Positions 19,185 through 29,412 of a DNA stretch of 64,000 nucleotides are shown piece after piece. How positions within the stretch are numbered: the first letter of the stretch is position 1; every line of letters starts with the position of its first letter. Where the stretch lies: the sequence record MT446416.1; one strand, 5' to 3'. Below the pieces are notes generated by a model. That model was not told where the DNA came from and did not search any database. It saw nothing but the letters and a program-made list of their open reading frames with translations. Source of the DNA: Escherichia virus TH47. The translations under genes and the position numbers were made by a program.

Positions 19185-19235
19185 TTTAAATTCCTTTTTA
19201 TATAATGTTAGTTAGATAGTTTTTAATAAATCAGA

Positions 19236-19622
19236 TTAGATTACGTCATACGGTAGAGTACCGTGACGGAATTTATCAAGTTGTGCAAGAACTTCTTTAC
19301 GTTCGACAATCTCTGGCACATCTTCTTGCAGTTGGTCACATACTTCAACGATGAAATCCCAATCGCTCTCACAACTCACACGTACTGCTTCAATTGTTTT
19401 CCAATCAGCACTAATTTCACCTTCAGGATTTACATACGAAGGCCATACCTTTCCATAGTCTTGTACTGATTTGTCGTTAAGAACACGAATAGCATTGAAA
19501 ATCTGTCCAGTACTGAAGTGTTTAGTATTCTTCATGTCTTCTAAGCAACATAGCTTAGGTTCACCCTGGACTTCAATCAGAAGTACACCACCAATCGCTT
19601 TTAGAACAGAACTTGTATTCAT
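19236..19622 (-). CDS. hypothetical protein
   Basis: Minus-strand ORF. Confidence 0.5.
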   Translation of the reverse strand: MNTSSVLKAIGGVLLIEVQGEPKLCCLEDMKNTKHFSTGQIFNAIRVLNDKSVQDYGKVWPSYVNPEGEISADWKTIEAVRVSCESDWDFIVEVCDQLQEDVPEIVERKEVLAQLDKFRHGTLPYDVI

Positions 19623-19695
19623 CTATATCTCCATTTATCAAAAAAAAAGATGTGAACATTATATCACAAGGAATTGTTATGTCCACAATATTTTA

Positions 19696-19989
19696 TCAAA
19701 TAGTCAAACTTTCGTGCCAGTTATTGAAATCGTTAATAGCCAGCATAAACATATTCTCATCATTAAATTCTAGAATATGTTCATTGTATAAGTAGCTAAT
19801 GTACTTATTACTACAGTGTTTGCTATTCATAATTAGCATTTCAACTGCACGTTCATACGAACATGGGCTGAGATACAATTTTGTTCCATCAGGATGCTCA
19901 ATCTCCACTGCACCAGGTGGAATAAAACGTTCACCAGTATAAGGGATATACGGTTCTGTTTTGAAAATAAGTTTGAATTTAGTATCCAT
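19696..19989 (-). CDS. hypothetical protein
   Basis: Minus-strand ORF. Confidence 0.5.
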   Translation of the reverse strand: MDTKFKLIFKTEPYIPYTGERFIPPGAVEIEHPDGTKLYLSPCSYERAVEMLIMNSKHCSNKYISYLYNEHILEFNDENMFMLAINDFNNWHESLTI

Positions 19990-20005
19990 ACCAAATCCTC
20001 CATAA

Positions 20006-20863
20006 TTACATTGTTTCTTTTATGTTGCACAACATAGTATTAACTATGTTCATCTTCCCGCCTAACTTGAAGTAATATTCCAATTTATTAATAATATTAC
20101 TTTTTAATATCTCAAATAGTTGATATTCATTTGTTTCGAAACCAAGTTCGAATTGAAAAGTATATAAATTGTTGAATAGATGTACTAAAGATGCATCCGG
20201 TGAATGCATTGTAAATGTGTAGTTGGCACGATAACCAGTACTAATCACTACTTCTGATATATCACCTTTCATGTATATGTCAATATTGTACATCATTGGT
20301 CTGCCTGTTGCAATATCTTTCATGCGAAAGAATGCAGTGCTACGATAAACAACACCTTCTTCTGTAACTTTTTCTTGAATAGTGATATTTGAAACGTCAC
20401 TCTCTTTGAATTTGGACTCGAATGAATGTGTGTAGCTTGTTTTTTCATTATCCGCGTGCATAGTACATGTGTACTTTCCAAAATCATCTCTAGATGTATA
20501 TGATTTATCACTGGCGGTTTTATAGAACGAAACCCCATTGATGTGTTCTTCTTTGTACATCATAGTGTCATTGGATTTGTAGTATGAACAATTAGGTGTT
20601 GAAAGAGATTCAAAAATGTTCACATCATGACAGTAAGAAATAGAAGAATCGCTATACAGTACTACATCACGAATTGCAACTTCTTTTGAAGTACCTTTTT
20701 TGACAGAAATTTGAAAGTCATTGCATGGGAAGATTCTATATCCATCGTATGTATCTGATGTACTGATGCCAAATGGTGTTGGGGAATTTAGAAATTCGTT
20801 GATATGTTCAAGTACTGAATACTTTTTGAAATTGCGAAAGTCAGTGCTATCTAACATATACAA
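20006..20863 (-). CDS. hypothetical protein, 285 aa
   Basis: Minus-strand ORF. Confidence 0.55.
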   Translation of the reverse strand: MYMLDSTDFRNFKKYSVLEHINEFLNSPTPFGISTSDTYDGYRIFPCNDFQISVKKGTSKEVAIRDVVLYSDSSISYCHDVNIFESLSTPNCSYYKSNDTMMYKEEHINGVSFYKTASDKSYTSRDDFGKYTCTMHADNEKTSYTHSFESKFKESDVSNITIQEKVTEEGVVYRSTAFFRMKDIATGRPMMYNIDIYMKGDISEVVISTGYRANYTFTMHSPDASLVHLFNNLYTFQFELGFETNEYQLFEILKSNIINKLEYYFKLGGKMNIVNTMLCNIKETM

Positions 20864-20880
20864 TCTCCATAAATTTGGAC

Positions 20881-20908
20881 AAAAAATTAGTCGAGAATAA
20901 ATCTCGAC
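20881..20908 (-). terminator. intrinsic terminator
   Basis: 7-bp stem GTCGAGA/TCTCGAC with 5-nt loop, then TAATTTTTT on the minus strand. Confidence 0.5.
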
Positions 20909-21018
20909 TTGTGTTTTACTTTACCATTCTTCATTGCTTTCTTACGGTCCACATGTGTTTGAGGTTTATTAAACTCATTCATATGCTTTTGTACAAAGTT
21001 GTTTACATTTTTAGCCAT
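20887..21018 (-). CDS. small Lys-rich protein, 43 aa (below ORF-track cutoff)
   Basis: ATG at 21016-21018 preceded by GGAG; translates to MAKNVNNFVQKHMNEFNKPQTHVDRKKAMKNGKVKHKSRFILD; the overlapping plus-strand ORF 20875..21072 is probably its shadow. Confidence 0.4.
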   Translation of the reverse strand: MAKNVNNFVQKHMNEFNKPQTHVDRKKAMKNGKVKHKSRFILD

Positions 21019-21020
21019 AC

Positions 21021-21494
21021 TTACTCCAAATCGGGATCTTTAACTGTTAGGCTTTCAATATCACTTGCGTAAAGAACTACATTAGTTTGTGTCTCTGATA
21101 CTTTAAAATCATGATAACTATCTTTCACTTTAAAATTATCCAAAATAAACCCTTTACTACAACACATCATGATTTTATCATCTTTGATAGTGTATGTATT
21201 CTTTTTCTTACGCACTTCAGATTGTGGGGTAATATTATCATTATTACGAATAACACAATCAATGTACTCGTCATTTGTACTCATAGGCATACCCATAATA
21301 AACGAATTGCTAGTACTGATTGTTAGTATAAAAACATTAGTATTTGGATTGTGAAAGAAGTCGTGCATAGTTTTACTGCATAAAAACAAACACTGAATTA
21401 TGTCCTTTACATTGAACATTATATCATGAACTTTGAATGCGTCCAACTCTAAAATGTCATCTATCTTTCCATTCTCAACAGTTTTAATCTCCAT
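21021..21494 (-). CDS. hypothetical protein
   Basis: Minus-strand ORF. Confidence 0.5.
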   Translation of the reverse strand: MEIKTVENGKIDDILELDAFKVHDIMFNVKDIIQCLFLCSKTMHDFFHNPNTNVFILTISTSNSFIMGMPMSTNDEYIDCVIRNNDNITPQSEVRKKKNTYTIKDDKIMMCCSKGFILDNFKVKDSYHDFKVSETQTNVVLYASDIESLTVKDPDLE

Positions 21495-21536
21495 GATCTA
21501 TCCTTGATCTTCAAAGGCACTCCATGTGCACATATA

Positions 21537-22037
21537 TTAGGTCACAGCTTTGTATTTCTCCATTGCTTCGGTGATATTCAATACTGCTTGCGGTACGTCA
21601 CTTTTGTTGTATGCAGTGGTTAGTTTTTCCATGTTATTGAGAAGACTAAGAAACAATGGAAGTACTTCTGCATTGTCACTGAAGTTGCAATCATTGACAG
21701 TACTCAATTGGAATAACTCACCCGCATCAACATTGAGTGTGTTGTATTCTTTAACAATGTTTTCTTCAGTATTGAAGATGTAGAATACAGTCCCCATGTG
21801 GTGTAAGTATACACCAGTTTCATTCTGAATATGACATGGGGTGATTACAATTGCTGTGTTATCAATATTATTTACTATTGTCAAACGCAGACTATGTAAC
21901 CCAAAGATTACAGTACAATCCTTTGTACTGTGTTGGATCTGGTCACTAGTAAAGGAAGACCCACTATATATTTTAGATCCATTTAGTATTTCTTTGATAA
22001 TTTTAAATGAATACTTCATCGAATTAGTTAAAAGCAT
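21537..22037 (-). CDS. family-A paralog
   Basis: Motif GELFQLSTV. Confidence 0.65.
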   Translation of the reverse strand: MLLTNSMKYSFKIIKEILNGSKIYSGSSFTSDQIQHSTKDCTVIFGLHSLRLTIVNNIDNTAIVITPCHIQNETGVYLHHMGTVFYIFNTEENIVKEYNTLNVDAGELFQLSTVNDCNFSDNAEVLPLFLSLLNNMEKLTTAYNKSDVPQAVLNITEAMEKYKAVT

Positions 22038-22437
22038 GAACTTTACCTTTAAGTAAATTAATTAATGTTCGCATAGATTCAGTACTGACAGTACCAAAAT
22101 CAACACCTAAGCACTCGTATTGAAAGAACTCAATAGAATCAATTGAGTCCAAAGGAATATCAACAACCTGATTCCCTATACCAGACATAGTAACATTGCT
22201 TTTATTAATCGTCAAGAAGTTTTTTGTATAAGTGTTAAATTTTAGAGAAATCGCGTCGGGGTGCTTTGTAACAATGCAGTACTGGGAACCGTAGACATAT
22301 AGTACTTTACTTTCACTAAGATACGTTTTAAAAAAATGAATCCCATTGAAGTATTTCTCATTGGCGACCATCGCCGCGATTAGTTCATCTGTTGTTGTTA
22401 ACCTTGTTTCGTTCTTCGTTAAACTGTTGAAAAGCAT
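22024..22437 (-). CDS. family-A-like paralog (degenerate motif)
   Basis: Motif IEFFQYECL. Confidence 0.5.
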   Translation of the reverse strand: MLFNSLTKNETRLTTTDELIAAMVANEKYFNGIHFFKTYLSESKVLYVYGSQYCIVTKHPDAISLKFNTYTKNFLTINKSNVTMSGIGNQVVDIPLDSIDSIEFFQYECLGVDFGTVSTESMRTLINLLKGKVHAFN

Positions 22438-22858
22438 AGAATACTACCTTAACCATTTGTAGTGTTTCAGACATTACTTCTGATGAAAATTCAACATCAT
22501 TGAATTTCAGCATAGTGTTCTGTGTAAAGAATGTTGCTTCTAAGTCTTCCAGATTGAAAGGTTCATCAAACAAATTAGTACTGAACATGTCAGTCTTCTT
22601 CTTGTATGTGAACAGGAATTTGGAATTATAACGAAGAACTACTTCATCTTTATTGACCAAAATACGTGCAATGTTCTGACGTGTCAATGTGGTAATGTTT
22701 AAATTGAACACGTTCTTGCGTGTTTCAGTGATATCAACAAAATACCCATCTCCCTGATGGATATTACATCGTACATCCAACCCTTTCTGTACTGTATTGA
22801 ACAGTGCATCTTGAATAAAATAATTTGCTGTATCGATGTTTCCTAAAATGTCTAACAT
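22385..22858 (-). CDS. family-A-like paralog (degenerate motif)
   Basis: Motif EATFFTQNTML. Confidence 0.5.
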   Translation of the reverse strand: MLDILGNIDTANYFIQDALFNTVQKGLDVRCNIHQGDGYFVDITETRKNVFNLNITTLTRQNIARILVNKDEVVLRYNSKFLFTYKKKTDMFSTNLFDEPFNLEDLEATFFTQNTMLKFNDVEFSSEVMSETLQMVKVVFYAFQQFNEERNKVNNNR

Positions 22859-23370
22859 AACTTCTCCTTGATTGCTGTCATATTTAGAAGAAATTCTTCA
22901 AGCAATTCCTCTGTAACATACTCAACATACCAGAATATCATAATATCTTTTGAAAGTCGAGTATTCTTAAAAATATCTACTAACTCTTTGTAGTACTCAA
23001 GATCATATACATCTTTTATAATTAGTGAGTACTGAAATAGTGATTCTTCAGTTAACTTAAATTCTGGATATAGTAAGTCATTAAATTCTAATGATTCTGA
23101 TTGTACTTTTATTTTAGTGAAGTCATTTGTTAATCCACCATTACATCCATATAATGCAGCGTAATTCACGAACTTGGCTTTTGGATTAAAATCAAGAACA
23201 GTTTCACCATTATATGACAATCGGTGGAACGCCGTGAACTTTGTAATTTGCCACGGTAGCTTAATACCTAAGTCATTTATGTCTTTATTATTGTACATAA
23301 GAACAGTGAATATTTCAGCAATCTTCAATAATAATTTAGTACGTGCTAGTACTGTCATAGGTTCAATCAT
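22852..23370 (-). CDS. family-A paralog
   Basis: Motif EESLFQYSLI. Confidence 0.65.
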   Translation of the reverse strand: MIEPMTVLARTKLLLKIAEIFTVLMYNNKDINDLGIKLPWQITKFTAFHRLSYNGETVLDFNPKAKFVNYAALYGCNGGLTNDFTKIKVQSESLEFNDLLYPEFKLTEESLFQYSLIIKDVYDLEYYKELVDIFKNTRLSKDIMIFWYVEYVTEELLEEFLLNMTAIKEKLC

Positions 23371-23783
23371 TATACACCTTCATATTCATCAAGGAAATCT
23401 TCGATGATCATTTCTGCATCATCCATATGCATAGCATCTACTTCAACAATGCGAACCTTAGATGCATCCCAAATCATATAGCTAGGAACTGTATCTGGTT
23501 CGTAATCGTTCTTGTACTGAACAGCATCGTAACCCTTAGAATTACAATGTTCAATCAGCCCACGCCACTCATCATCACTACCTAAATCTTCCCATAGAAG
23601 CACGTTATCAACATCAACTTCTAATGTATGCAAGTATACTGTATTAGCGTCAACAACGTTCAGTGGGCTTCTCAGCTTGCGTAATGCAGCTTCTAAAGCA
23701 CTGTGCTTGCCTCCCATATGAAGGCCACCATACGGGATATAAAAGTTATCAATTTTTACAGTACTCGCATGATACAGTTTCAT
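23370..23783 (-). CDS. hypothetical protein (not family A)
   Basis: Minus-strand ORF without the motif. Confidence 0.5.
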   Translation of the reverse strand: MKLYHASTVKIDNFYIPYGGLHMGGKHSALEAALRKLRSPLNVVDANTVYLHTLEVDVDNVLLWEDLGSDDEWRGLIEHCNSKGYDAVQYKNDYEPDTVPSYMIWDASKVRIVEVDAMHMDDAEMIIEDFLDEYEGV

Positions 23784-23792
23784 AATTCATTC

Positions 23793-24377
23793 CTATTTCA
23801 GTACTTTGACCAGGGCTTTAACCGCTGTTTCAAGTTGTGCAAAGTCGTTGATTGTAAGATAATGAATACCCAATGTACTCATTTCTGAATCTATTTTACT
23901 ATACAAATCGAACATGTCAAGTAGATATTGATATGTATATGACTCCGATGACACGCATGATTCTTGAAATAGACGTTCTTCCATATCATTTACTACTTCG
24001 TCATTCACGTCTCGAATCACACCATCTTTGTATGTGTAGTAAATCTCATCCCATTCATCTGATAAGTGGAATAGTAAAGGCTTACCATTAAACATCTCAA
24101 GGTCATATGCATTGATTTCACTCAATAACATATCATCAGGATCAGGTGTGAAATCGAATTGGGCGAGTGACGAACCATCATAATCTTTAAGGAATACACC
24201 AATAGCATTCAATTTAACTTCGCCATAATTGCCATTCTTGAACTTCACACGAATATTAATATCAATGTTTTGAACAGTATCATCATCTTGGAACTGATAA
24301 TCAATTTTATACTTTTCCCAAAGTTTTTTAATATCTTTGAAGTACTTAATTTTACTTTCTATTTCTTTAAAGTTCAT
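23793..24377 (-). CDS. family-A paralog
   Basis: Motif EERLFQESCV. Confidence 0.65.
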   Translation of the reverse strand: MNFKEIESKIKYFKDIKKLWEKYKIDYQFQDDDTVQNIDINIRVKFKNGNYGEVKLNAIGVFLKDYDGSSLAQFDFTPDPDDMLLSEINAYDLEMFNGKPLLFHLSDEWDEIYYTYKDGVIRDVNDEVVNDMEERLFQESCVSSESYTYQYLLDMFDLYSKIDSEMSTLGIHYLTINDFAQLETAVKALVKVLK

Positions 24378-25005
24378 CTGGAACCACCATCTCTTGTATG
24401 TTCTTGCATTTTTTCATTGCACAATTAGTATTTAAAATGATAGAGTACTTATGTAATGATTTAATTTTATAACACTCATTAAGTACTGAAATGATGCCCC
24501 ATAACTCTTCTACATCAATAGTGATAGGTTCACTAGTACTAAGTTGCATTAGTGCTGCTTCCACATCATCTTTGTTATTGATTTTGAACTGTATGCCACG
24601 TTTCAGTATTTTGGTTTTTGGATTATACTCTGCCATTACATCACCTTCAGGGTAACCCTCGTGTAATAATAATGTTGTCTCATAATCTCCACAATTGAAA
24701 TTAATTTCATCATAGTCAGGAACACAAATCATTCCTTCACCATATTGATTATCTACTGATTCGATTGTTAAAATACGCTGATGTTCATTACTCAGGATAA
24801 TAGAATCGTGCCAGTACTGCGTAGTGAATTTACTACGTTTCTTTTGACAGCACATACTTGACATGGGGCCATACTTTTTATATAGGGACTTCTTGAATGC
24901 TATCGCACCAGGAGCCACCTTAATAACTTCTCGAATTAGGTCAATAGCTTCTTGATAACTTTTTCTCATTTGTCGTACCCATATAAAATATGATCTAGTG
25001 TGCAT
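24367..25005 (-). CDS. family-A-like paralog (degenerate motif)
   Basis: Motif EAALMQLSTS. Confidence 0.5.
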   Translation of the reverse strand: MHTRSYFIWVRQMRKSYQEAIDLIREVIKVAPGAIAFKKSLYKKYGPMSSMCCQKKRSKFTTQYWHDSIILSNEHQRILTIESVDNQYGEGMICVPDYDEINFNCGDYETTLLLHEGYPEGDVMAEYNPKTKILKRGIQFKINNKDDVEAALMQLSTSEPITIDVEELWGIISVLNECYKIKSLHKYSIILNTNCAMKKCKNIQEMVVPDEL

Positions 25006-25517
25006 TGTACTTCTTCATGGAAGAACAACGGGTAAATTTGTATCAATTTTTCTTTAAGTTCAAGTGAATGACATAGTTCCAGTGATTTAATACAATCTTC
25101 GTATTGAACTAAGCTATGTAATGTACTTAACTGAAAATGTTGTTCTTCAGAGTAAGCTAAATCATATACCAAATTATCATTTAATAGATTTGATTTAGTT
25201 GAAGGATCAAGTACTGTGTTGCTATGACCTACCCAGAAAAAAGCATTGGTGTTCATATTATTACAACCCCAACCTGTCCCCATTTTCTGGTGAATAGCAA
25301 AGACACAACTATCATAGAGATTAATACCAAGACGTTCTTCGTTGACATAAATCGTAACACCATCGATTGTCATGGTTATTTGGAAACGCATTGAACCTTC
25401 ACTTCGTGAACGTGCACAGAAGCCAAGATAACGGTTAATAATTGTATTGATTTTATCTGCCCATCCTTCCACATCTTTGGATGCACATAATTTAAAAAGA
25501 TCATGACTTTGGTTCAT
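24966..25517 (-). CDS. family-A paralog
   Basis: Motif EEQHFQLSTL. Confidence 0.65.
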   Translation of the reverse strand: MNQSHDLFKLCASKDVEGWADKINTIINRYLGFCARSRSEGSMRFQITMTIDGVTIYVNEERLGINLYDSCVFAIHQKMGTGWGCNNMNTNAFFWVGHSNTVLDPSTKSNLLNDNLVYDLAYSEEQHFQLSTLHSLVQYEDCIKSLELCHSLELKEKLIQIYPLFFHEEVQCTLDHILYGYDK

Positions 25518-25528
25518 GTAGTTCTCCG

Positions 25529-26110
25529 TTAATCAAGCATAAGTGGCATCATCGCCCATATCTTTTTCATAATCATATCTTCAGTAAAAACAAACGTTTT
25601 AGGTGCAGTATATGATATTGACAACCCAAATGGAAGTACGATTGCATCATCAATTATATTATGAATATCAAACCATGTTTTTACACAATCATATGGTGGA
25701 AGTTCATGTATTGTACTTAACTGAAAGTATTGTTCTTCGCCAAAAGTACTGCAATCAATATCACAAATTTTAGTGAAATGATGATTCCATTTAGATATAA
25801 TACTGTTTTTATTATTGGACATATTAGTTCTATGCATGAAACCATTTCTGCTAATATAATTTGATATTGCGTTTTCTTCAATATCATTGCTTATTTTAAA
25901 ATTCATGTAAAAGTTGTAGTACACACTCGACGATTCTTTGAATTTTAAATGAAAATAACGATTGTTATTAATTTCCATTTCAATACAAAACACATCTGAA
26001 TCAAAACGATTAAACTTGTAATCGTTGTCTTCAGGTAGAGTCTGTAATTTTTTCATAACACCAAGCATAGGGTGCACTAAGCTTCTAATAAAATCATTAG
26101 TTATTTTCAT
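25529..26110 (-). CDS. family-A paralog
   Basis: Motif EEQYFQLSTI. Confidence 0.65.
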   Translation of the reverse strand: MKITNDFIRSLVHPMLGVMKKLQTLPEDNDYKFNRFDSDVFCIEMEINNNRYFHLKFKESSSVYYNFYMNFKISNDIEENAISNYISRNGFMHRTNMSNNKNSIISKWNHHFTKICDIDCSTFGEEQYFQLSTIHELPPYDCVKTWFDIHNIIDDAIVLPFGLSISYTAPKTFVFTEDMIMKKIWAMMPLMLD

Positions 26111-26603
26111 AGTATTCCTTTAGAACTTTAAATGATTCAACAATACTATCTTGTGTGTAATTAGAACTATATACAATTGCATTTGATTTGATTGACCACA
26201 GATATGACATAAAGGTTATAACACTACTGCATGAACTTAATGTATTGTTTTGGAATTCATTTTCTTCAATGTTATCAGTACTGGTATTGATGAATTGGAT
26301 AGTATCTTGTTTCTGATTAGACATTGAAACTAAAGTACAATCAGTATAAGGAGTGTACAAAAACGTCTCATTACTAATTGAACTATCATTAGTATATGAT
26401 GGTTTGGTAATATAAATCAAACGCATGATATCACGCTCAAGACCCGATTTACTACTTTCCACTAAAGAAATCATATCTATATTTTTCATATGATCAACAT
26501 TGACATGGAACTTTTTGTTGAGAATTACATCTTTTGGAGAATTTTTATATGAAGATAAGATCTCATACATCTCAACTAATTCTCGTGCATTTAATAAACT
26601 CAT
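26097..26603 (-). CDS. family-A paralog
   Basis: Motif EENEFQNNTL. Confidence 0.6.
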   Translation of the reverse strand: MSLLNARELVEMYEILSSYKNSPKDVILNKKFHVNVDHMKNIDMISLVESSKSGLERDIMRLIYITKPSYTNDSSISNETFLYTPYTDCTLVSMSNQKQDTIQFINTSTDNIEENEFQNNTLSSCSSVITFMSYLWSIKSNAIVYSSNYTQDSIVESFKVLKEYYENN

Positions 26604-27028
26604 GTTTTGTCTCTTAATGAAAGAATATACTTAGTATAAACTGAAACTGAAATATGATTATATTTCATCATTAATTTATACACATAAGAAGCTAGTACTA
26701 AATCGTAAATTAATTTAGTATCATACAGTACTCCGTATTGTAAAGCAAGTGAATCAATATCATCTTTACTTTCAATATCCAGAAATGTACCGAAAATTGT
26801 AGTACCGTGAAGATGAAAAGTGGAATTAATGCAATCAATGCATTGATTGTCCAACAGTGTAGATGCAGATGCCCTTTGTGAATCCCAAATTGTCAGTACA
26901 TGTTTTTCATCAACAAACAAATCTATCCATGTTTTGTGTCGTTGCTTTTTTTGTGTTTTATAATTTTCTGGATTTGAAAGTGTAGTGTCAATTATATCCC
27001 ATATGTATAAGCATTCATCTCTTGTCAT
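26600..27028 (-). CDS. family-A-like paralog (degenerate motif)
   Basis: Motif DSLALQYGVL. Confidence 0.45.
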   Translation of the reverse strand: MTRDECLYIWDIIDTTLSNPENYKTQKKQRHKTWIDLFVDEKHVLTIWDSQRASASTLLDNQCIDCINSTFHLHGTTIFGTFLDIESKDDIDSLALQYGVLYDTKLIYDLVLASYVYKLMMKYNHISVSVYTKYILSLRDKT

Positions 27029-27606
27029 TATAGCACCTTATCCATTGCTGCATTTAATGCTTTTAAACGATCAACATTCAAAGTATTGAAGATGTACGTT
27101 CCTAAAATGTGGAAATCGAATTGGTTCTTTTTGTATGTGTGATAAATTAAACTACAAAAAACAACAGTACTAAGAACCTCTTCAGGTATAACGGTGCTCA
27201 TCTGAAACAGTTCTTCATCAACTGTACTTGATTCTGGATTGATAGCTTTTAACTCATACTCTTTATCACCGAATAGTACTTTAATATTATATAAAACACC
27301 AACAGTACTAATATGAAATGGATGGTGTGAAAAACTTCCATCATCATTAATTTGGATATCGGATCTAATCTCGCACTCTTCATTACTTTTACTATTATTT
27401 TTTACAATACAAATATTCCTGGCACCAGAAATAGTAAGAATACCGTGATCGTAATATTCTTTGGACAAACATTTAGATGAAAATGACACATCACGAATGA
27501 GGTAATGTTTGTTAATTTCTTTGGCACTACCAACAATGTGTAGCATCTTTGTACTGATATCATATAGCTGTTGGTGTCGGGCTGTCATATAACTATAAGC
27601 GTTCAT
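27028..27606 (-). CDS. family-A paralog
   Basis: Motif DEELFQMSTV. Confidence 0.65.
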   Translation of the reverse strand: MNAYSYMTARHQQLYDISTKMLHIVGSAKEINKHYLIRDVSFSSKCLSKEYYDHGILTISGARNICIVKNNSKSNEECEIRSDIQINDDGSFSHHPFHISTVGVLYNIKVLFGDKEYELKAINPESSTVDEELFQMSTVIPEEVLSTVVFCSLIYHTYKKNQFDFHILGTYIFNTLNVDRLKALNAAMDKVL

Positions 27607-28177
27607 ATGTATCCTTGATGTTTTTGATTGCCGTGTGTAGCTCTTTTAATGTATCGGATTCACAGTTAATGAACTTACTATACATTACCAATTCACCAGT
27701 GTCAATAGCTTTTGCAGTTTCATAGCAAAGCATCATGTACTCAAACTCCTTGAAGTTGTCAAGTACTGATCTCTGGAAAATGTATGCTTCACGAATGTCT
27801 TCACTTTGATCTAGTTCTGGTGGAATTTCCAAATATGTATCATCCTCTACGTCATCAAAATTAGATTCAACAATTCGATTAATATCTTCGTGTAAAGCAT
27901 TGACAAATATCATGTTTGGGGTAATGGAACCGATTTGCTCACCATGCCTTGATGTACGGATATACATTGCCATAGTATCCCATGAACCTTTTTTTGTCGT
28001 TCCATAATCGTAAACTTTATAAGACTCCAGTGTCACTGAACCAAAACGATATGGTAATTTGCTTTCAACTTTAAGACGATAATTTCCAATAGGATCATGA
28101 ACGGTAATGTTGTGCTTATCAGATAGTTCTGCAATGTCATGCATCAATTTCATAATTTGAATGTGTTCAGCTTGCAT
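27593..28177 (-). CDS. family-A paralog
   Basis: Motif EAYIFQRSVL. Confidence 0.65.
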   Translation of the reverse strand: MQAEHIQIMKLMHDIAELSDKHNITVHDPIGNYRLKVESKLPYRFGSVTLESYKVYDYGTTKKGSWDTMAMYIRTSRHGEQIGSITPNMIFVNALHEDINRIVESNFDDVEDDTYLEIPPELDQSEDIREAYIFQRSVLDNFKEFEYMMLCYETAKAIDTGELVMYSKFINCESDTLKELHTAIKNIKDTYERL

Positions 28178-28740
28178 TATAAGTCCTCTAATTTAACAGG
28201 TACATGTTCATTAATGAACTTCTTAAGAGCCAGTACTAGATCTTCTAATTCTTCTGTACTGAATTTTAAAATAGTTTTAAAGAATATCAATTCATTTCTT
28301 TCTATAATCTTTGGAATTTCATATGCTAACATAAGATTGCGAACAGTGTAAGCGTTATGTATGAGGTTCGCATTGAATAAAAGTACATCGTACTCGTCTT
28401 TTTTAATTTTATAATTGTACTCTTCAATTACTTCATGTGTGTATGTATTCTTATAAGCAATTTTATTTTTATGAAAGTTATAACCAACAGTAACACTTTC
28501 ATCATAAAATGTAGAACGATAATCTTGTTTTCTATCACCCGACGAAATGATGTGTAATGCTGTGTATTTGTCCTCAACATCTAACTCAATGTTTGCATAA
28601 CTGTTAACAGTTTCATTCTTTAGGACATTAATGTTATATTTCTCATTAATTTTAATGTGCTGGCGTGAACCATTATCTTCAATGAACTTAAAACAATGCT
28701 TTATCAACAATGTGATTTCTTTAATTAATTCAGTACTCAT
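28177..28740 (-). CDS. family-A-like paralog (degenerate motif)
   Basis: Motif region DVLLFNANLI; preceded by SD AGGAG and promoter. Confidence 0.5.
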   Translation of the reverse strand: MSTELIKEITLLIKHCFKFIEDNGSRQHIKINEKYNINVLKNETVNSYANIELDVEDKYTALHIISSGDRKQDYRSTFYDESVTVGYNFHKNKIAYKNTYTHEVIEEYNYKIKKDEYDVLLFNANLIHNAYTVRNLMLAYEIPKIIERNELIFFKTILKFSTEELEDLVLALKKFINEHVPVKLEDL

Positions 28741-28767
28741 ATCTTCTCCTGTACTCTGTTAAAAGCG

Positions 28768-28796
28768 ATTATAACACACCTGAATGCTCATGTAAA
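28768..28796 (-). promoter_or_regulatory. sigma70-like promoter TTTACA-17-TATAAT inside the family-A array
   Basis: Minus strand TTTACA-N17-TATAAT followed by AGGAG and ATG of 28177..28740. Confidence 0.5.
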
Positions 28797-28806
28797 GCAC
28801 TAAACA

Positions 28807-28828
28807 CAAAAAGACCCATAAGGGTCTT
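28807..28828 (-). terminator. intrinsic terminator (bidirectional hairpin)
   Basis: 6-bp stem AGACCC/GGGTCT with tetraloop, T-run on both strands; overlaps stop of 28828..29412. Confidence 0.55.
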
Positions 28829-29412
28829 TATTTTGGTAAAACGCGGTCAAGGTACGCTAGATCCTCATCTTGGAGGTACGTTCCATCTATTGTTATGTAA
28901 TAGTTCTTAGGGATATCACAACCTATCTTCTCGTAAATTTGCATACATGATATCACATCTTCATCACAAATGGTACTCAATTGAAACAGTACTTCATCAG
29001 TTAGCGGCACAATATCATGTTTAGATATGGGGTTGGTATTTTCATTCAAAACAACATCAAACAAACTGGGAGTATTCTTTGACGAAATGTAACGATGCTT
29101 ACTACGAATTACCATTCTCGATAGTGAAATACTGGAACTCCATCTTGGGTCCACATCTTCGTATGATAGCGAAACTAACATTTCATAATAATCTTGGAAT
29201 TTCATTGATGCATAATATGTTTTTTCCTCACCGTACATTCCAAATGATTTGAATTCAATGTCACCTACATTGTGTGTATCACTCGCACTATTCACGAAAT
29301 TTAACAGACTGTTGATTAGTCTGATTAGAATATCATCTTTATTCATTATCAGATAACTCCCTGTGCATGTCGTATAAATCTCGAAAGTCCTGATAGAAAT
29401 CTTTTTCTTCAA
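28828..29412 (-). CDS. family-A paralog
   Basis: Motif DEVLFQLSTI. Confidence 0.65.
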   Translation of the reverse strand: MKKKISIRTFEIYTTCTGSYLIMNKDDILIRLINSLLNFVNSASDTHNVGDIEFKSFGMYGEEKTYYASMKFQDYYEMLVSLSYEDVDPRWSSSISLSRMVIRSKHRYISSKNTPSLFDVVLNENTNPISKHDIVPLTDEVLFQLSTICDEDVISCMQIYEKIGCDIPKNYYITIDGTYLQDEDLAYLDRVLPK

